DNA of 64,000 nucleotides from an archaeon (GTDB lineage Archaea; Asgardarchaeota; Thorarchaeia; Thorarchaeales; Thorarchaeaceae): NCBI GenBank assembly GCA_024276825.1, contig JAJRWI010000079.1, positions 1 to 64,000 of the forward strand, read 5' to 3'. Shown piece by piece: positions 29,962 to 39,825 of this stretch (position 1 is its first letter; each line of letters starts with the position of its first letter). The notes under the pieces were generated by a model. It saw only the letters and a program-made list of their open reading frames with translations, ran no database searches and was not told where the DNA came from. The position numbers and the translations under genes were made by a program.

Positions 29962-31308
29962 CTAGGTTGCGAATTTCATCCCTGATATAACCACATAGGG
30001 TACTTGAAGTGTACTTCCCTGATAGTGGATTGACTTGTATTCTTTGCTGATTGCAGTGATGTTTTTGATTCCTTCGAAAAGGTTTCCAGTTATTGTGATT
30101 TCTTTCAGTGTTGAAGTGACCTCACCATTCTTGATCAGCTTACCACCCTTTACAGGTCCCGTGAAATCACCAGAAACTGAATCTGGAAATGCACTAATTC
30201 GAGGAATGAGAATACCTGTTTTGACCTCTGCAATCATATCATCAAGAGAGGTAGCTCCAGTTTGCATGATCAGGTTGGTCGATGAGATGGATGGCGCAGT
30301 TCTGAATGTACCAGTTGCATGACCTGTTGAACTCAGATTCTCCTTGTTAGCGGTGAATGTGTCATATAGGATTCCCTTAAACACGCCATTCTGAATAATT
30401 GGCAGTCTGTGATGTGGAACACCCTCTCTGTCAAATGAACCACTACCCACGAGCCCCTTGATAGTGCCGTCATCAATGAGAGTGAACTCTGGAATGGCGA
30501 TTTCTTCGCCTAGCCGGTCAGCAAGATGACTTGATCCCGCTTGCACCTGTGTTGCAGTAGCTGAAGACTCAAGCACTCCAAGAAGATCCGCCATTGCTTC
30601 TGGCGCAAAGATTGCAGGCCCCTCAAAGGATTCAGTTTTGACGGCACCCAGATTGTTTAGCACTTTCTGGCAAAATGAGTCAACGGTCTTTTGAATGTTA
30701 ATGTCAGAAACCGCGACAACAGAGTCAAAATCGTAGTCGAATGAACCCACATCATCACCATCGATCGCCATGCCAAAAATCATCCACTCCGCGCGGGTCT
30801 TTCTCTCAGATGCGGCTATGCCTGTTGATGAAACAATCGCCTGTGAGATTGATGAGATTGCAAAGGATCCCGAGTCAACTGAAACACGCGAGTCATAATC
30901 ACGTGCACCATCGAGAAGGTTTCTAGCATAAGTTAAAACATCAGTCATAGACAGGTCATCCATAGCTGGGTCGTAGATTCCCGAGATCATTGTAATCTCC
31001 TCTGCAGATGGTAAACTATAATGAGGTATTGATGGAGTGTTCCGCGCAATTGAGATTGCATCCCTCAGGCCCTGCTCTATGCGTTCAGGGGACAATGAAT
31101 TTACACTGGCAAAACCAAGTTGATGATTGATTAGTACACGAATTCCAACCCCCTCAAGAATTGAGCCTGTGGCACTCTTGAACTGATTCGACTCGAGGTT
31201 TGCAGACTTCTCGTGAGCCCTCTCAGCATAGAGTTCAACTTCATCTGCGCCCATCTTAAGTGCTTTATCCACAAAGGGAGTTATTACATCAATAATCTCA
31301 TCACTCAT
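29962..31308 (-). CDS. pmbA: TldE/PmbA family protein
   Basis: GVGIRV, FDREG, STGHA, SGDF, GN; start refined to ATG 31308. Confidence 0.9.
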   Translation of the reverse strand: MSDEIIDVITPFVDKALKMGADEVELYAERAHEKSANLESNQFKSATGSILEGVGIRVLINHQLGFASVNSLSPERIEQGLRDAISIARNTPSIPHYSLPSAEEITMISGIYDPAMDDLSMTDVLTYARNLLDGARDYDSRVSVDSGSFAISSISQAIVSSTGIAASERKTRAEWMIFGMAIDGDDVGSFDYDFDSVVAVSDINIQKTVDSFCQKVLNNLGAVKTESFEGPAIFAPEAMADLLGVLESSATATQVQAGSSHLADRLGEEIAIPEFTLIDDGTIKGLVGSGSFDREGVPHHRLPIIQNGVFKGILYDTFTANKENLSSTGHATGTFRTAPSISSTNLIMQTGATSLDDMIAEVKTGILIPRISAFPDSVSGDFTGPVKGGKLIKNGEVTSTLKEITITGNLFEGIKNITAISKEYKSIHYQGSTLQVPYVVISGMKFAT

Positions 31309-31309
31309 T

Positions 31310-32722
31310 TTAGGCACCTCCTGCCTGACCTGAAACCAATGCTTTTGTGCGAGTGGTCCCACCACCACCATCCACCTTTGCAAGTTGTATCTTTCCGCAA
31401 TGCCCTGCACCCATTGCGAGTTCCCAGTTCTTGCCCACAGCGTCTACAGACTCTAGGACTTCAAATGCATTTCCAGTCAGTGCAAGATTTCTGACAGGCT
31501 GCCCAATCTCACCGTTGATTATCTCATATACCTCCACCATGCTGAACATGAACTCTGCATTACTGTCAGCCTGCCCGCCTCCTGGATGAACACAATAGTA
31601 GCCAAACTTGATGCCTTCTAGAATCTCTTCCTCAGAGTAGTCGCCGGGTTCGAGGTATGTGTTTCTCATCCTGATCAGTGGTTCCACATTATATTCAAAT
31701 GCTCTTTCATTGCCAGTTGGTTCGACACCGAAGTGACGAGCTGATTGACGACTGTGTAGATATGACTTCATGACACCCTTCTCAATTATCACTGTACGCT
31801 TGGCTTGAACTCCAGCATCATCAACTGCAAGCCAGCCTGCTGCATGGTCCTGTTCTCCCGAGTCCACAAGTGTGACATCCTCACTGGCGACCTTCTTTCC
31901 AATTTTGCCAGCAGCAGCACTTCCAGACATGACAAAGTCGCTCTCAACAGTATGGCCAATTGCCTCATGACAGATTATCCCAACAACCTCAGGTCTCAGG
32001 ACAACTGTGTGTTTGCCGCCTTTTGGAATGGGAGCACTCAATAAATGAATTGCATGCTGAGCAACATGTTCTGCCATATCTGTGGGCGGTGACTTCTCGA
32101 ACATCTCCCATCCACCAGTTATACCATAGGCCTGATAACTGGGAACAATCTTGCCAGCTTCAGCGGCAACCGCCCTTAGAATTATACTTGGCCTGCTGTC
32201 AAAGATCTCTACATCGGTCCCGTCAGAGTTCATGATGATTCTGTGATTTCGCGGCTCTCGAATCCATGATGTTGACCCACTTATCCGTTTGTCATATTCA
32301 TTGATGATCTTGTCTGCTTCTTTGACTATGCTGATGATCTCTTCAATATCGTGATTCTCGAAGGGATCCTTTCCTGTCGCTCTGAAAGTCCCCTTCACTG
32401 GTTTTATCGGAGCCAGCTCGATCTTCTCCTTCTTGCTCTGGGCAAGACTCTTTGCAGCTGCAATCGCATTTGACAGGGTCTCATCAACAGATTCTGCATC
32501 GAGCTTGCTGGTACTTGCATAGCCCCAAGCACCATCAACAAGGACACGGATACCAATGCCTGCAAAATCGTCCACAACAGCCTGCTTCAGCTGGCCCTTA
32601 TCCATTCGTACTTGAGTGTACTTTCGTTGATGGTAGCGCGCTTCTACATGTGCATCCTCGGGACAGTTGTCAATAACTCTCTGAACTAGGTCTCTCATAT
32701 GGAAGTCCCTCGCATTAAACAT
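31310..32722 (-). CDS. tldD: TldD metalloprotease
   Basis: HEAIGHTVESD, DDAG, TGN, RMRNT, CGK. Confidence 0.93.
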   Translation of the reverse strand: MFNARDFHMRDLVQRVIDNCPEDAHVEARYHQRKYTQVRMDKGQLKQAVVDDFAGIGIRVLVDGAWGYASTSKLDAESVDETLSNAIAAAKSLAQSKKEKIELAPIKPVKGTFRATGKDPFENHDIEEIISIVKEADKIINEYDKRISGSTSWIREPRNHRIIMNSDGTDVEIFDSRPSIILRAVAAEAGKIVPSYQAYGITGGWEMFEKSPPTDMAEHVAQHAIHLLSAPIPKGGKHTVVLRPEVVGIICHEAIGHTVESDFVMSGSAAAGKIGKKVASEDVTLVDSGEQDHAAGWLAVDDAGVQAKRTVIIEKGVMKSYLHSRQSARHFGVEPTGNERAFEYNVEPLIRMRNTYLEPGDYSEEEILEGIKFGYYCVHPGGGQADSNAEFMFSMVEVYEIINGEIGQPVRNLALTGNAFEVLESVDAVGKNWELAMGAGHCGKIQLAKVDGGGGTTRTKALVSGQAGGA

Positions 32723-33303
32723 TTTATTAATTCGGAGGTTCTTAATAAGTGAGATTAATGAAGCAGAACAATGATTTTCAGATTAACAATGGAAAATTGT
32801 TAATAATAGTAGGAATTCTTGAACATGTGTCACATGTATTTCGAATTCCGCCATTGTCAAATTATTCATGGAATGAAAATAATTGAAAGAGCTGATCATT
32901 ACTGAAGTTTGCAGTCTTGCTGCTAGACTGAGAGCTATGTTTTCATTATCTATTTCAATAGCATTCAACATGCCACAATGGGATAAAAGAATGAATAATC
33001 ATGATGCATGTGCAGGATAATGCCATTTTTGGGGTGTCTACTGCATTTTTCGTTGTATCTCGCCTCATCTGACTGGTATTATTTGCAAATATTTCTCATT
33101 GACTTCTGGCGGCTTGTACACCAACATTCAGCTAATTGGAATATGCATGAAATCCATCATTAAGATGATAGAAGTAATAATGTTTGTCAATAATACACAA
33201 TATTCAACTAGGACCATGATAAGCCTTAAAATGAGAAAATAGCAAAAAAAAAATACAAGTATTTAATGATTCATTAACTTGGCCAATGCTTAAGGGGATC
33301 AAT

Positions 33304-33669
33304 ATGTTGTCGAAAGACAGTAAGCAAGCATTTATAGCGCTATTTCCATTGGCTGCACTAGGAATAACTGCATTTTTCAATCTGGGAGAACTCCATGTTG
33401 TTCAAGGCAATATTATCGATGTTCTATATGTCTATGGATACATCAATATGAATGATACAGTTCCACTTTGGATCCTCACACTTCTTTTTGGAACGGGAGG
33501 ATATGCATTCTATTTCTTAGGAACAACTTGGGCCCAATTGAAAGCAATAGCTAATTTGTATTCAATTCCTTGGGCAGCTGCTGCGATTATTCTCGCAGCG
33601 TTTGGTGCCGAGCCAGCTGCGGCAGCTGCTGGTTTAATTGGTCTGGCATATGTCACCGTTGGGGCATAG
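33304..33669 (+). CDS. Putative circular (head-to-tail) bacteriocin-like precursor
   Basis: 121 aa from ATG 33304 (AAGGGG upstream); signal-like N-terminus; hydrophobic Ala/Gly-rich C-terminus; first gene of a SpoIIM/Yip1/ABC operon. Confidence 0.65.
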   Translation: MLSKDSKQAFIALFPLAALGITAFFNLGELHVVQGNIIDVLYVYGYINMNDTVPLWILTLLFGTGGYAFYFLGTTWAQLKAIANLYSIPWAAAAIILAAFGAEPAAAAAGLIGLAYVTVGA

Positions 33670-33703
33670 CGAATTAGTAATGGATTATGGGGGATTCAAC
33701 TCA

Positions 33704-34255
33704 ATGATTTCAATGAAGTATTCCTCAACAATTCTAATATTGGGCATGCTGTTGGGGATTCTGGCTGGAACTACTGAGAATATTGATTCATCATCTCCAA
33801 AGAACATTGATTTTGCCTACCATCCCTCTTTTTTTTCCATCTTATGTAATAACATTGGAGTTGTATTAACCCTTATTCTAGGTGGAATTATCCTATTTTC
33901 CATCCCCACCATATTAGTGGTATTATTAAATGGTATTCGTACTGGTCTGACAATTATGATATGTATCAGAAGCTCAAATCTCATGCCCATATTGGCAGGC
34001 ATTCTTCCTCATGGAGTATTTGAGCTGTCTGGATATGTGTTTGCAGCCACCATAGGTCTTGAAAGTACGCGATTGATCATTGATGTGATGCTAGATGGCC
34101 CTTCAAGAAATCAAGGGCCAAGTTTGAAACAAGGCCTCAATTCTTATTTGACAAATGATTATATGAAATATATCATATTGTCAATAATTCTCATAACAAT
34201 GGGCGCATTAATTGAGAGCACATGTTCTTTATATCTGATGGAGATGTTTGCATGA
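33704..34255 (+). CDS. SpoIIM/DUF95 membrane protein
   Basis: ILCNNIGV...LLNG..G...ILPHGVFEL...GALIE family motifs. Confidence 0.9.
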   Translation: MISMKYSSTILILGMLLGILAGTTENIDSSSPKNIDFAYHPSFFSILCNNIGVVLTLILGGIILFSIPTILVVLLNGIRTGLTIMICIRSSNLMPILAGILPHGVFELSGYVFAATIGLESTRLIIDVMLDGPSRNQGPSLKQGLNSYLTNDYMKYIILSIILITMGALIESTCSLYLMEMFA

Positions 34256-34938
34256 ACGATGATCATTCTACTGATGGATCAGTGGTATCATTAGTGAACG
34301 GGTATTTAGGAGTCAAGAGCGGACTTAAGTTAATATTGCCTGCTCTTTTTAAGCCATGGAGCGCCTTTATAGAGGTTGCTGATAAGAAGTCCAGTCGAAG
34401 AATCGCATTATTTCCATTGATTGTAGTGGCATTAATGCAATTCTTGTTTATCATTCAGGTGATACTTTACATTTTTCATAAAAAGGTAATTGATGGTGAT
34501 ATAGTTCTTTTACCCGGAACAACAGAGGAAACATACTATTACTCGTTTTACACAGCGACATTGCTAAGCACAATTTCAGCAGTTGTCATCGTTTGGATGG
34601 GAGTTGCTGCAATAAGCTATTTTGTTTGCAGATTGATGAATTATCAATTGAACTTCGGGCAGCTTCTAACATTATCCTCATTTTCCTTACTTCCAACAGC
34701 GATAAGTATGTCAATTGGCACAACCATTTTGATATTCTTAGGTCCTGAAGTACTATTTGCTTGGGCTAACACTATTCAACTTTTTGCAATAATGAATGGG
34801 ACAATCATAATATGGGAGAGCATTATTTTGATGTATATACTAGTCAATCTTGCTGACATCAACACAAAAAGGGCTTTCATTGTAGGGATCATATCTTCAG
34901 TTATCCCCCATTTAATTGGACTACTGTCAATAGCCTGA
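34252..34938 (+). CDS. Yip1-family membrane protein
   Basis: LFKPWSAF, about 5 TM helices, FGQLL...FSLLP; ATGA overlap with upstream gene. Confidence 0.7.
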   Translation: MNDDHSTDGSVVSLVNGYLGVKSGLKLILPALFKPWSAFIEVADKKSSRRIALFPLIVVALMQFLFIIQVILYIFHKKVIDGDIVLLPGTTEETYYYSFYTATLLSTISAVVIVWMGVAAISYFVCRLMNYQLNFGQLLTLSSFSLLPTAISMSIGTTILIFLGPEVLFAWANTIQLFAIMNGTIIIWESIILMYILVNLADINTKRAFIVGIISSVIPHLIGLLSIA

Positions 34939-34940
34939 AG

Positions 34941-36416
34941 GTGAATATGAAAACAGAAATGAGGAGTAATGCCTTGAATATTATTCTTGAAGCACTGAAA
35001 TCCAGATTTGGAAGCATTATTTTTGCTCTGCATTTCTTTTTTATTGGCAGTCTATTGATGCTAATATTCCCTCTTTTTGTCCCACCACCAAGGACAGAAA
35101 TACCAGCTAGCGACTTGTATAGAATAATCCTAAATGGCAGTATAACATCCATACTTTCATCACTTATTATTGCACCTGCATTCGGCTTCGGAATCGCTAA
35201 TTGGTTCTTTTCAAAACGTTATCCCTTGCAACAATGGGCAGATTTCCCAATTGATGGCAGGCAAATCAATGCCAATATGGTTTCAGTCGTTTTTGAATTA
35301 AGCATTTCATATTCTGCATTTAGTCTTCTAGAACCGATACTGAGAATTCATAATTTGCTGAATTTCACTCAAAGAGTTATTTTTGTTGCTTTGGTTCTTC
35401 TAGAAATATTTGGATTGACGCTAATAGCTGTAAGTGGCATAATCTTTTTGGTTTATTCAGCGTCTGTATCTAATCTTCATAGCACAAGAAGAATCTTGCC
35501 CTTCTTTTTCTTATCCATAGTTGGTGCAATTGGTTCCCAGTTTATTCTGATAGGAGGATTGGGAAACCCGTTGAGTGGAAATGCTGGGTCAGTTCAATTC
35601 GTATTCGAATCTCAGATATTAAACATAATTCAAAGACTCATAGCTGGAGATGTAGTATTGGATTATTTCATCATTCTGTCAGGATTACTCATTGCAGCAA
35701 TGACTGTCTTTGTGGTAACGGGGAAAATCATCAATCAGGGGTTAGAAAAGGCCAGACGAGGTGATTCACTCCACGAAGAATCGATGAGGGAGGAATTCAT
35801 TGAGCATCCATCGATAGAGATTCTACGAATAATGCTCACGGATCAATACACAGTGGGAAGACCGTTTTTAATTGCAATTATTCTGGGCATGATGTCATTT
35901 GGATTTTTGCAATTGATGCTAAACCAACCCGTTAATCTTGCCTTAATTCTTATGTTATTAATCCCAACAATTGGAACAATGGAGTCATTGTTTGTTGCAA
36001 CCATTGCTGGCAAGAACACTCTCAATTTTTATCGAGAGAGTCCAAATGGCATTCGCTTCTACTTTGGGATACAAGTATGCTTTTCATCTTTGATTACATT
36101 GATTGTATCAATAGTGAGCATATGCGTAATTGGATTCACGATTGGGTATTTGCCCTCTTTATCTGAGTTGAATTCATATTTGATATTTGTTCCGATATCG
36201 GTTATAATATCAGTCATGATGGCGACTATTCTTCATGCTCTACTCAAGCCGACATCAATTGATGACCCCGTTGTTATCTTAATCTGGCCAATTGTGATCA
36301 CTCTAAACGTGATTATAATGACATACTTAAGCATGGCCTCTTTGATCACAATATTTTCTTTTGTGATATTCATTGCGGCTATTTCATTTACATTAATGGA
36401 GGAGATCAATAGATGA
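34941..36416 (+). CDS. Polytopic membrane protein (putative permease/maturation protein)
   Basis: About 12 TM helices in two halves; coupled to the ABC ATPase by an ATGA overlap. Confidence 0.7.
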   Translation: MNMKTEMRSNALNIILEALKSRFGSIIFALHFFFIGSLLMLIFPLFVPPPRTEIPASDLYRIILNGSITSILSSLIIAPAFGFGIANWFFSKRYPLQQWADFPIDGRQINANMVSVVFELSISYSAFSLLEPILRIHNLLNFTQRVIFVALVLLEIFGLTLIAVSGIIFLVYSASVSNLHSTRRILPFFFLSIVGAIGSQFILIGGLGNPLSGNAGSVQFVFESQILNIIQRLIAGDVVLDYFIILSGLLIAAMTVFVVTGKIINQGLEKARRGDSLHEESMREEFIEHPSIEILRIMLTDQYTVGRPFLIAIILGMMSFGFLQLMLNQPVNLALILMLLIPTIGTMESLFVATIAGKNTLNFYRESPNGIRFYFGIQVCFSSLITLIVSIVSICVIGFTIGYLPSLSELNSYLIFVPISVIISVMMATILHALLKPTSIDDPVVILIWPIVITLNVIIMTYLSMASLITIFSFVIFIAAISFTLMEEINR

Positions 36417-37159
36417 ATGCAGATTCAATATCAAGACCTGCAGTTGTTGTAAGAAATGTTACAAAGAAATATGGTAAACTCACAGTCCTTGATAACATTA
36501 GCTTCAATATTAGCCATGATGAGGTTGTAGGGCTTGTCGGGCCAAATGGATCAGGAAAGAGCACTTTACTAAGAATTCTGAAGGGAGGACTTTATCCTAC
36601 AACTGGTGAGGTTATTATTGGGAACTTCAGTATCAATAAGCAGCCTGACTCTATTCGAAGAATAACAGGAATCGCACATGATGAGCCTGTTCTTTTCGAA
36701 ATGATGACAGGGATGCAGTTCTTGCATTTCGTTGCAAGTATTTATCGGGTCAAACCACAAACAGCAAAAGAGTCTATTGGCTATTGGGTCAGGGCTCTTG
36801 GCCTAGACAATCAAATCAGAAACAGGATTGAAACATATTCCCATGGAATGAAAAAGAGACTTTCAATAGTCGCTTCATTGATTCATGATCCATTTCTATT
36901 ACTCCTTGATGAACCAACACAGGGACTAGATCCTGATACACGAACAATTTACATGCAAAGGATAATGAATAATGCATTTAAATCAGACAGAGTTGTAATA
37001 ATAAGCACGCACAGATTGGATATTATTGATGATTTGTGCTCGCGAGTATTAGTAATTCGAGGGGGCAGAATTATTGAAGATGGTTCGATTGAATTCATAA
37101 AAACAAAATACAATGCTGATGACATTGAAGAGGCGTATCTTCTCACTGATGATGAATAG
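36413..37159 (+). CDS. ABC transporter ATP-binding protein
   Basis: GPNGSGKST, YSHGMKKR, LLLDEP, STH. Confidence 0.95.
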   Translation: MNADSISRPAVVVRNVTKKYGKLTVLDNISFNISHDEVVGLVGPNGSGKSTLLRILKGGLYPTTGEVIIGNFSINKQPDSIRRITGIAHDEPVLFEMMTGMQFLHFVASIYRVKPQTAKESIGYWVRALGLDNQIRNRIETYSHGMKKRLSIVASLIHDPFLLLLDEPTQGLDPDTRTIYMQRIMNNAFKSDRVVIISTHRLDIIDDLCSRVLVIRGGRIIEDGSIEFIKTKYNADDIEEAYLLTDDE

Positions 37160-37174
37160 GGAGATCTCATTGGA

Positions 37175-38116
37175 ATGAAAATAGTTGTTAGGAATGTTTC
37201 ATATAAATATGGTCGCAAGAAGGCACTTGATAATATTTCATTAGATATAGGACCGGGAGTAACTGGACTCATCGGAGTAAATGGCTCAGGAAAAACAACC
37301 CTGTTGAAATTGATACTCGGAATCATTCCAATTCAAGAGGGCGAGATATTAATCAATGATTCCCCAGTGCCCATTAAAGATAAAGAGAAACTTGTTGAAA
37401 TTGGATATATCCCCGAAATACCTGCATTAGATAATGAATTGACCTTACATGAATACCTTGGCTTCTTTCTGAGTATTTTGGAAACTGCTGGGGGTAAAAC
37501 AACAGGACTTGATGAAATCATAGAAATTGTCGGACTGGGCGATGCCAAGAATAGAAGAATATCTGACTATTCACGTGGAATGAAACAGAGGGCCTGCATT
37601 AGTCAATCCATATTGTGCAAGAGAAGGATATTAATCCTTGATGAGCCCCTCTCACATTTGGACCCTCTTAGTAGAATCCAATTCAAGGAGCTATTCAGAG
37701 AATGTGCTGATGATGGGGCAATAGTATTAATCTCCTCACACATTCTAGGCGAGCTGGATGAAATATGCGACAATGTCGTTATTCTGAATGACGGAAAATT
37801 AATTGAATATGGAGCAATTGGTCAATTAAGAAACAAATATGAATCTAATGTGGTTCAATGGGTTATAGAAACAGATAGCCCGATAGAATTGGCAGATCTA
37901 ATTGAAAATGAGCTTAACCCTTCGGCGATCGAAGTCATAGGTAATGTAATCAGGGTGCTAGTCGGGTCTAATCCCAGAATGAAAAGCTTGTTTTTTGGAT
38001 TGCTGGCAAGGACATGTAATATTGAAATCTTCAGGTTCTATGATAGAAGTTTGAGCCTTGAGGGCATATTGAAAAGAAGCATGGGGGACAATAAGAATGA
38101 ATCGCAAATTCATTAA
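37175..38116 (+). CDS. ABC transporter ATP-binding protein with C-terminal extension
   Basis: GVNGSGKTT, YSRGMKQR, LILDEP, SSH, SLE near C-terminus. Confidence 0.95.
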   Translation: MKIVVRNVSYKYGRKKALDNISLDIGPGVTGLIGVNGSGKTTLLKLILGIIPIQEGEILINDSPVPIKDKEKLVEIGYIPEIPALDNELTLHEYLGFFLSILETAGGKTTGLDEIIEIVGLGDAKNRRISDYSRGMKQRACISQSILCKRRILILDEPLSHLDPLSRIQFKELFRECADDGAIVLISSHILGELDEICDNVVILNDGKLIEYGAIGQLRNKYESNVVQWVIETDSPIELADLIENELNPSAIEVIGNVIRVLVGSNPRMKSLFFGLLARTCNIEIFRFYDRSLSLEGILKRSMGDNKNESQIH

Positions 38117-38855
38117 GGAGATTATAAAGAGGGAATACCGAATATTTGCAAAAGGCCATCAATTCATTATTGTTCTGGCATTCTCTGTGGCAGTTGCAGT
38201 GCTCCTATTTACTTCAATAGTAACCTTATCAAAAGATGTTATAGATCTCTTGTTTTCTCAATTTGAGATCGGGTACTATTTCTTAACAAGCTATGCAATC
38301 ATCCTATTTGGAGTAATCACCATATTCAATTCAGCAACAGGATTTTCACGTGAACATGAACACAACATGCATCAGGTCTTATACATCCTTCCAATTGACA
38401 CTTCAAGTGTGATTATCGGAAAAGCGCTAGCCATATGGTCTTGCACCATTCTTACCACTTCGATACCATATTTCACAATCATCATAACACTGATTGCTTT
38501 TCTTGGTTTGCAGGTATCTATTTGGATTGTTATTGAGCTATATGCCATCTTTGCTTTTTCCATGATTCTATTGTCAAGCTATTCCATGATCGCATCTATT
38601 GTTTCAAAGTCCAATGGAGTTTCATTCTCGATTAGTCTAATGACTTTGATAGGCGCAATTATGCTTAAGGAAAATAGAGTCCTAAAATATCCATCCCCAT
38701 TTGGATTCTTTGATTATTTGACATATGGTGTTGTGATTCATGAGTTAGACCCAATAGCTGTGTTTATTTTCTTATTCGCCTGTGCCATGGGCATTATGAG
38801 TTCTCTTGCGATGTCATGGTTTCTTTTTGAGAGGAGAGCAGCATACATGTTTTAG
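38097..38855 (+). CDS. ABC-2 type permease
   Basis: IIKREYR, SREHE..M..L..LP....IIGK, six TM helices, FERR. Confidence 0.88.
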   Translation: MNRKFIKEIIKREYRIFAKGHQFIIVLAFSVAVAVLLFTSIVTLSKDVIDLLFSQFEIGYYFLTSYAIILFGVITIFNSATGFSREHEHNMHQVLYILPIDTSSVIIGKALAIWSCTILTTSIPYFTIIITLIAFLGLQVSIWIVIELYAIFAFSMILLSSYSMIASIVSKSNGVSFSISLMTLIGAIMLKENRVLKYPSPFGFFDYLTYGVVIHELDPIAVFIFLFACAMGIMSSLAMSWFLFERRAAYMF

Positions 38856-38914
38856 TTCATTATGCTTTTCATAGATGCAATGAGTCGTGAACCGCCCACA
38901 ATCATTCAATTTTC

Positions 38915-39006
38915 GGGGTTGCATTTAGATGCATAGAGGTTAGACAGAGTTGGACACCAATCAAAGGATCATCTAAATGATACTCTGAAATTTTGGAGGG
39001 CTTAAA
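38915..39006 (+). repeat. Partial copy of dispersed intergenic repeat
   Basis: GGGGTTGCATTTAGATGCATAGAGGTTAGACAGAGTTGGACACCAATCAAAGGATCATCTAAATGATACTCT, near-identical to the copy starting at 46613. Confidence 0.85.
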
Positions 39007-39188
39007 GCAATTCCCCAGCCATCGGGGTTTTCAGAGCCATGTCTTTGAAAGACATCAAGGGAGATTGTGGCTTTAACAGGACCTGCAAAACAAAGACCAA
39101 GAAGATCACACATGATTAATCACTTGTTAGCCACATGATTTGCTTGTTATTATTTTTTGTATCTCATTTGGATGAAAGAGGCAAAGTA

Positions 39189-39825
39189 TTATGATTCATA
39201 GCGACACATCTTTACTTCGATATTCCTCGGAGATGAGTCATCGAGCATATTCTCCATCTTATCATCAACATAGAGTTTCAGATTCTTTCCTTGTATTGGT
39301 CTGACATCGATGGAACGGAATCTATTGGACATCAATGACAACTTAGTTAAGGATCTGCAATTGCTCAGTGGGGAGAGATCAATTGACTTGATTTTGTTGT
39401 GGTTTATTGTCAGATTAGAGAGTGTAGTGCATCCTGCCAAAGGTGAAAGATCAAGTGATCTTAGTGTGTTGTGACTTATTATTAGCGATTCTAGTGATTT
39501 GCACTCTTTCAAAGGCGACAGATCAAGTATTGTGAACTTGTCACAATAATAGATAGACAGGCTTTTGAGATTGATACATGACGATAATGGTGAGAGGTCA
39601 ATACTGAGCGCTCTTAGTTGTACTAGATCCATTTTCAATCAGATACTCATTTCCTTCAAGAGGCGAGAGGTCAGAGTCATTAGTGCTATACATTTCAAGT
39701 CGGAATGGTCTATCGTTTGGAATGTCATAGGTTGTAAGACCTTCATGATAGGAGATCTGAAAGACCCGCAACTTTGTTTTATTTTTATTATTATCTTGCA
39801 GAGTATAATCACCGCCGTATCTCAT
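39189..39825 (-). pseudogene. Leucine-rich-repeat protein (24-aa DLSPL repeats), frameshifted near 39639
   Basis: Upstream frame ends ...DSDLSPLEGNEYL; removing one base continues LKMDLVQLRALSIDLSPL and restores the 24-aa period. Confidence 0.7.

Noticed and set aside
29962-31410. Track start of pmbA at 31410
   Set aside because: It would overlap tldD by about 100 bp; ATG at 31308 follows the tldD stop with a GGAGGTG SD.
32783-32971. 62-aa ORF upstream of the precursor as an immunity protein or regulator
   Set aside because: Opposite strand, not cationic, no motif; the nearby CCGCCATTGTCAAATT resembles the MITE TIR too weakly to call.
33704-34255. SpoIIM as evidence of sporulation
   Set aside because: DUF95/SpoIIM is widespread outside sporulators; the context indicates peptide maturation or export.
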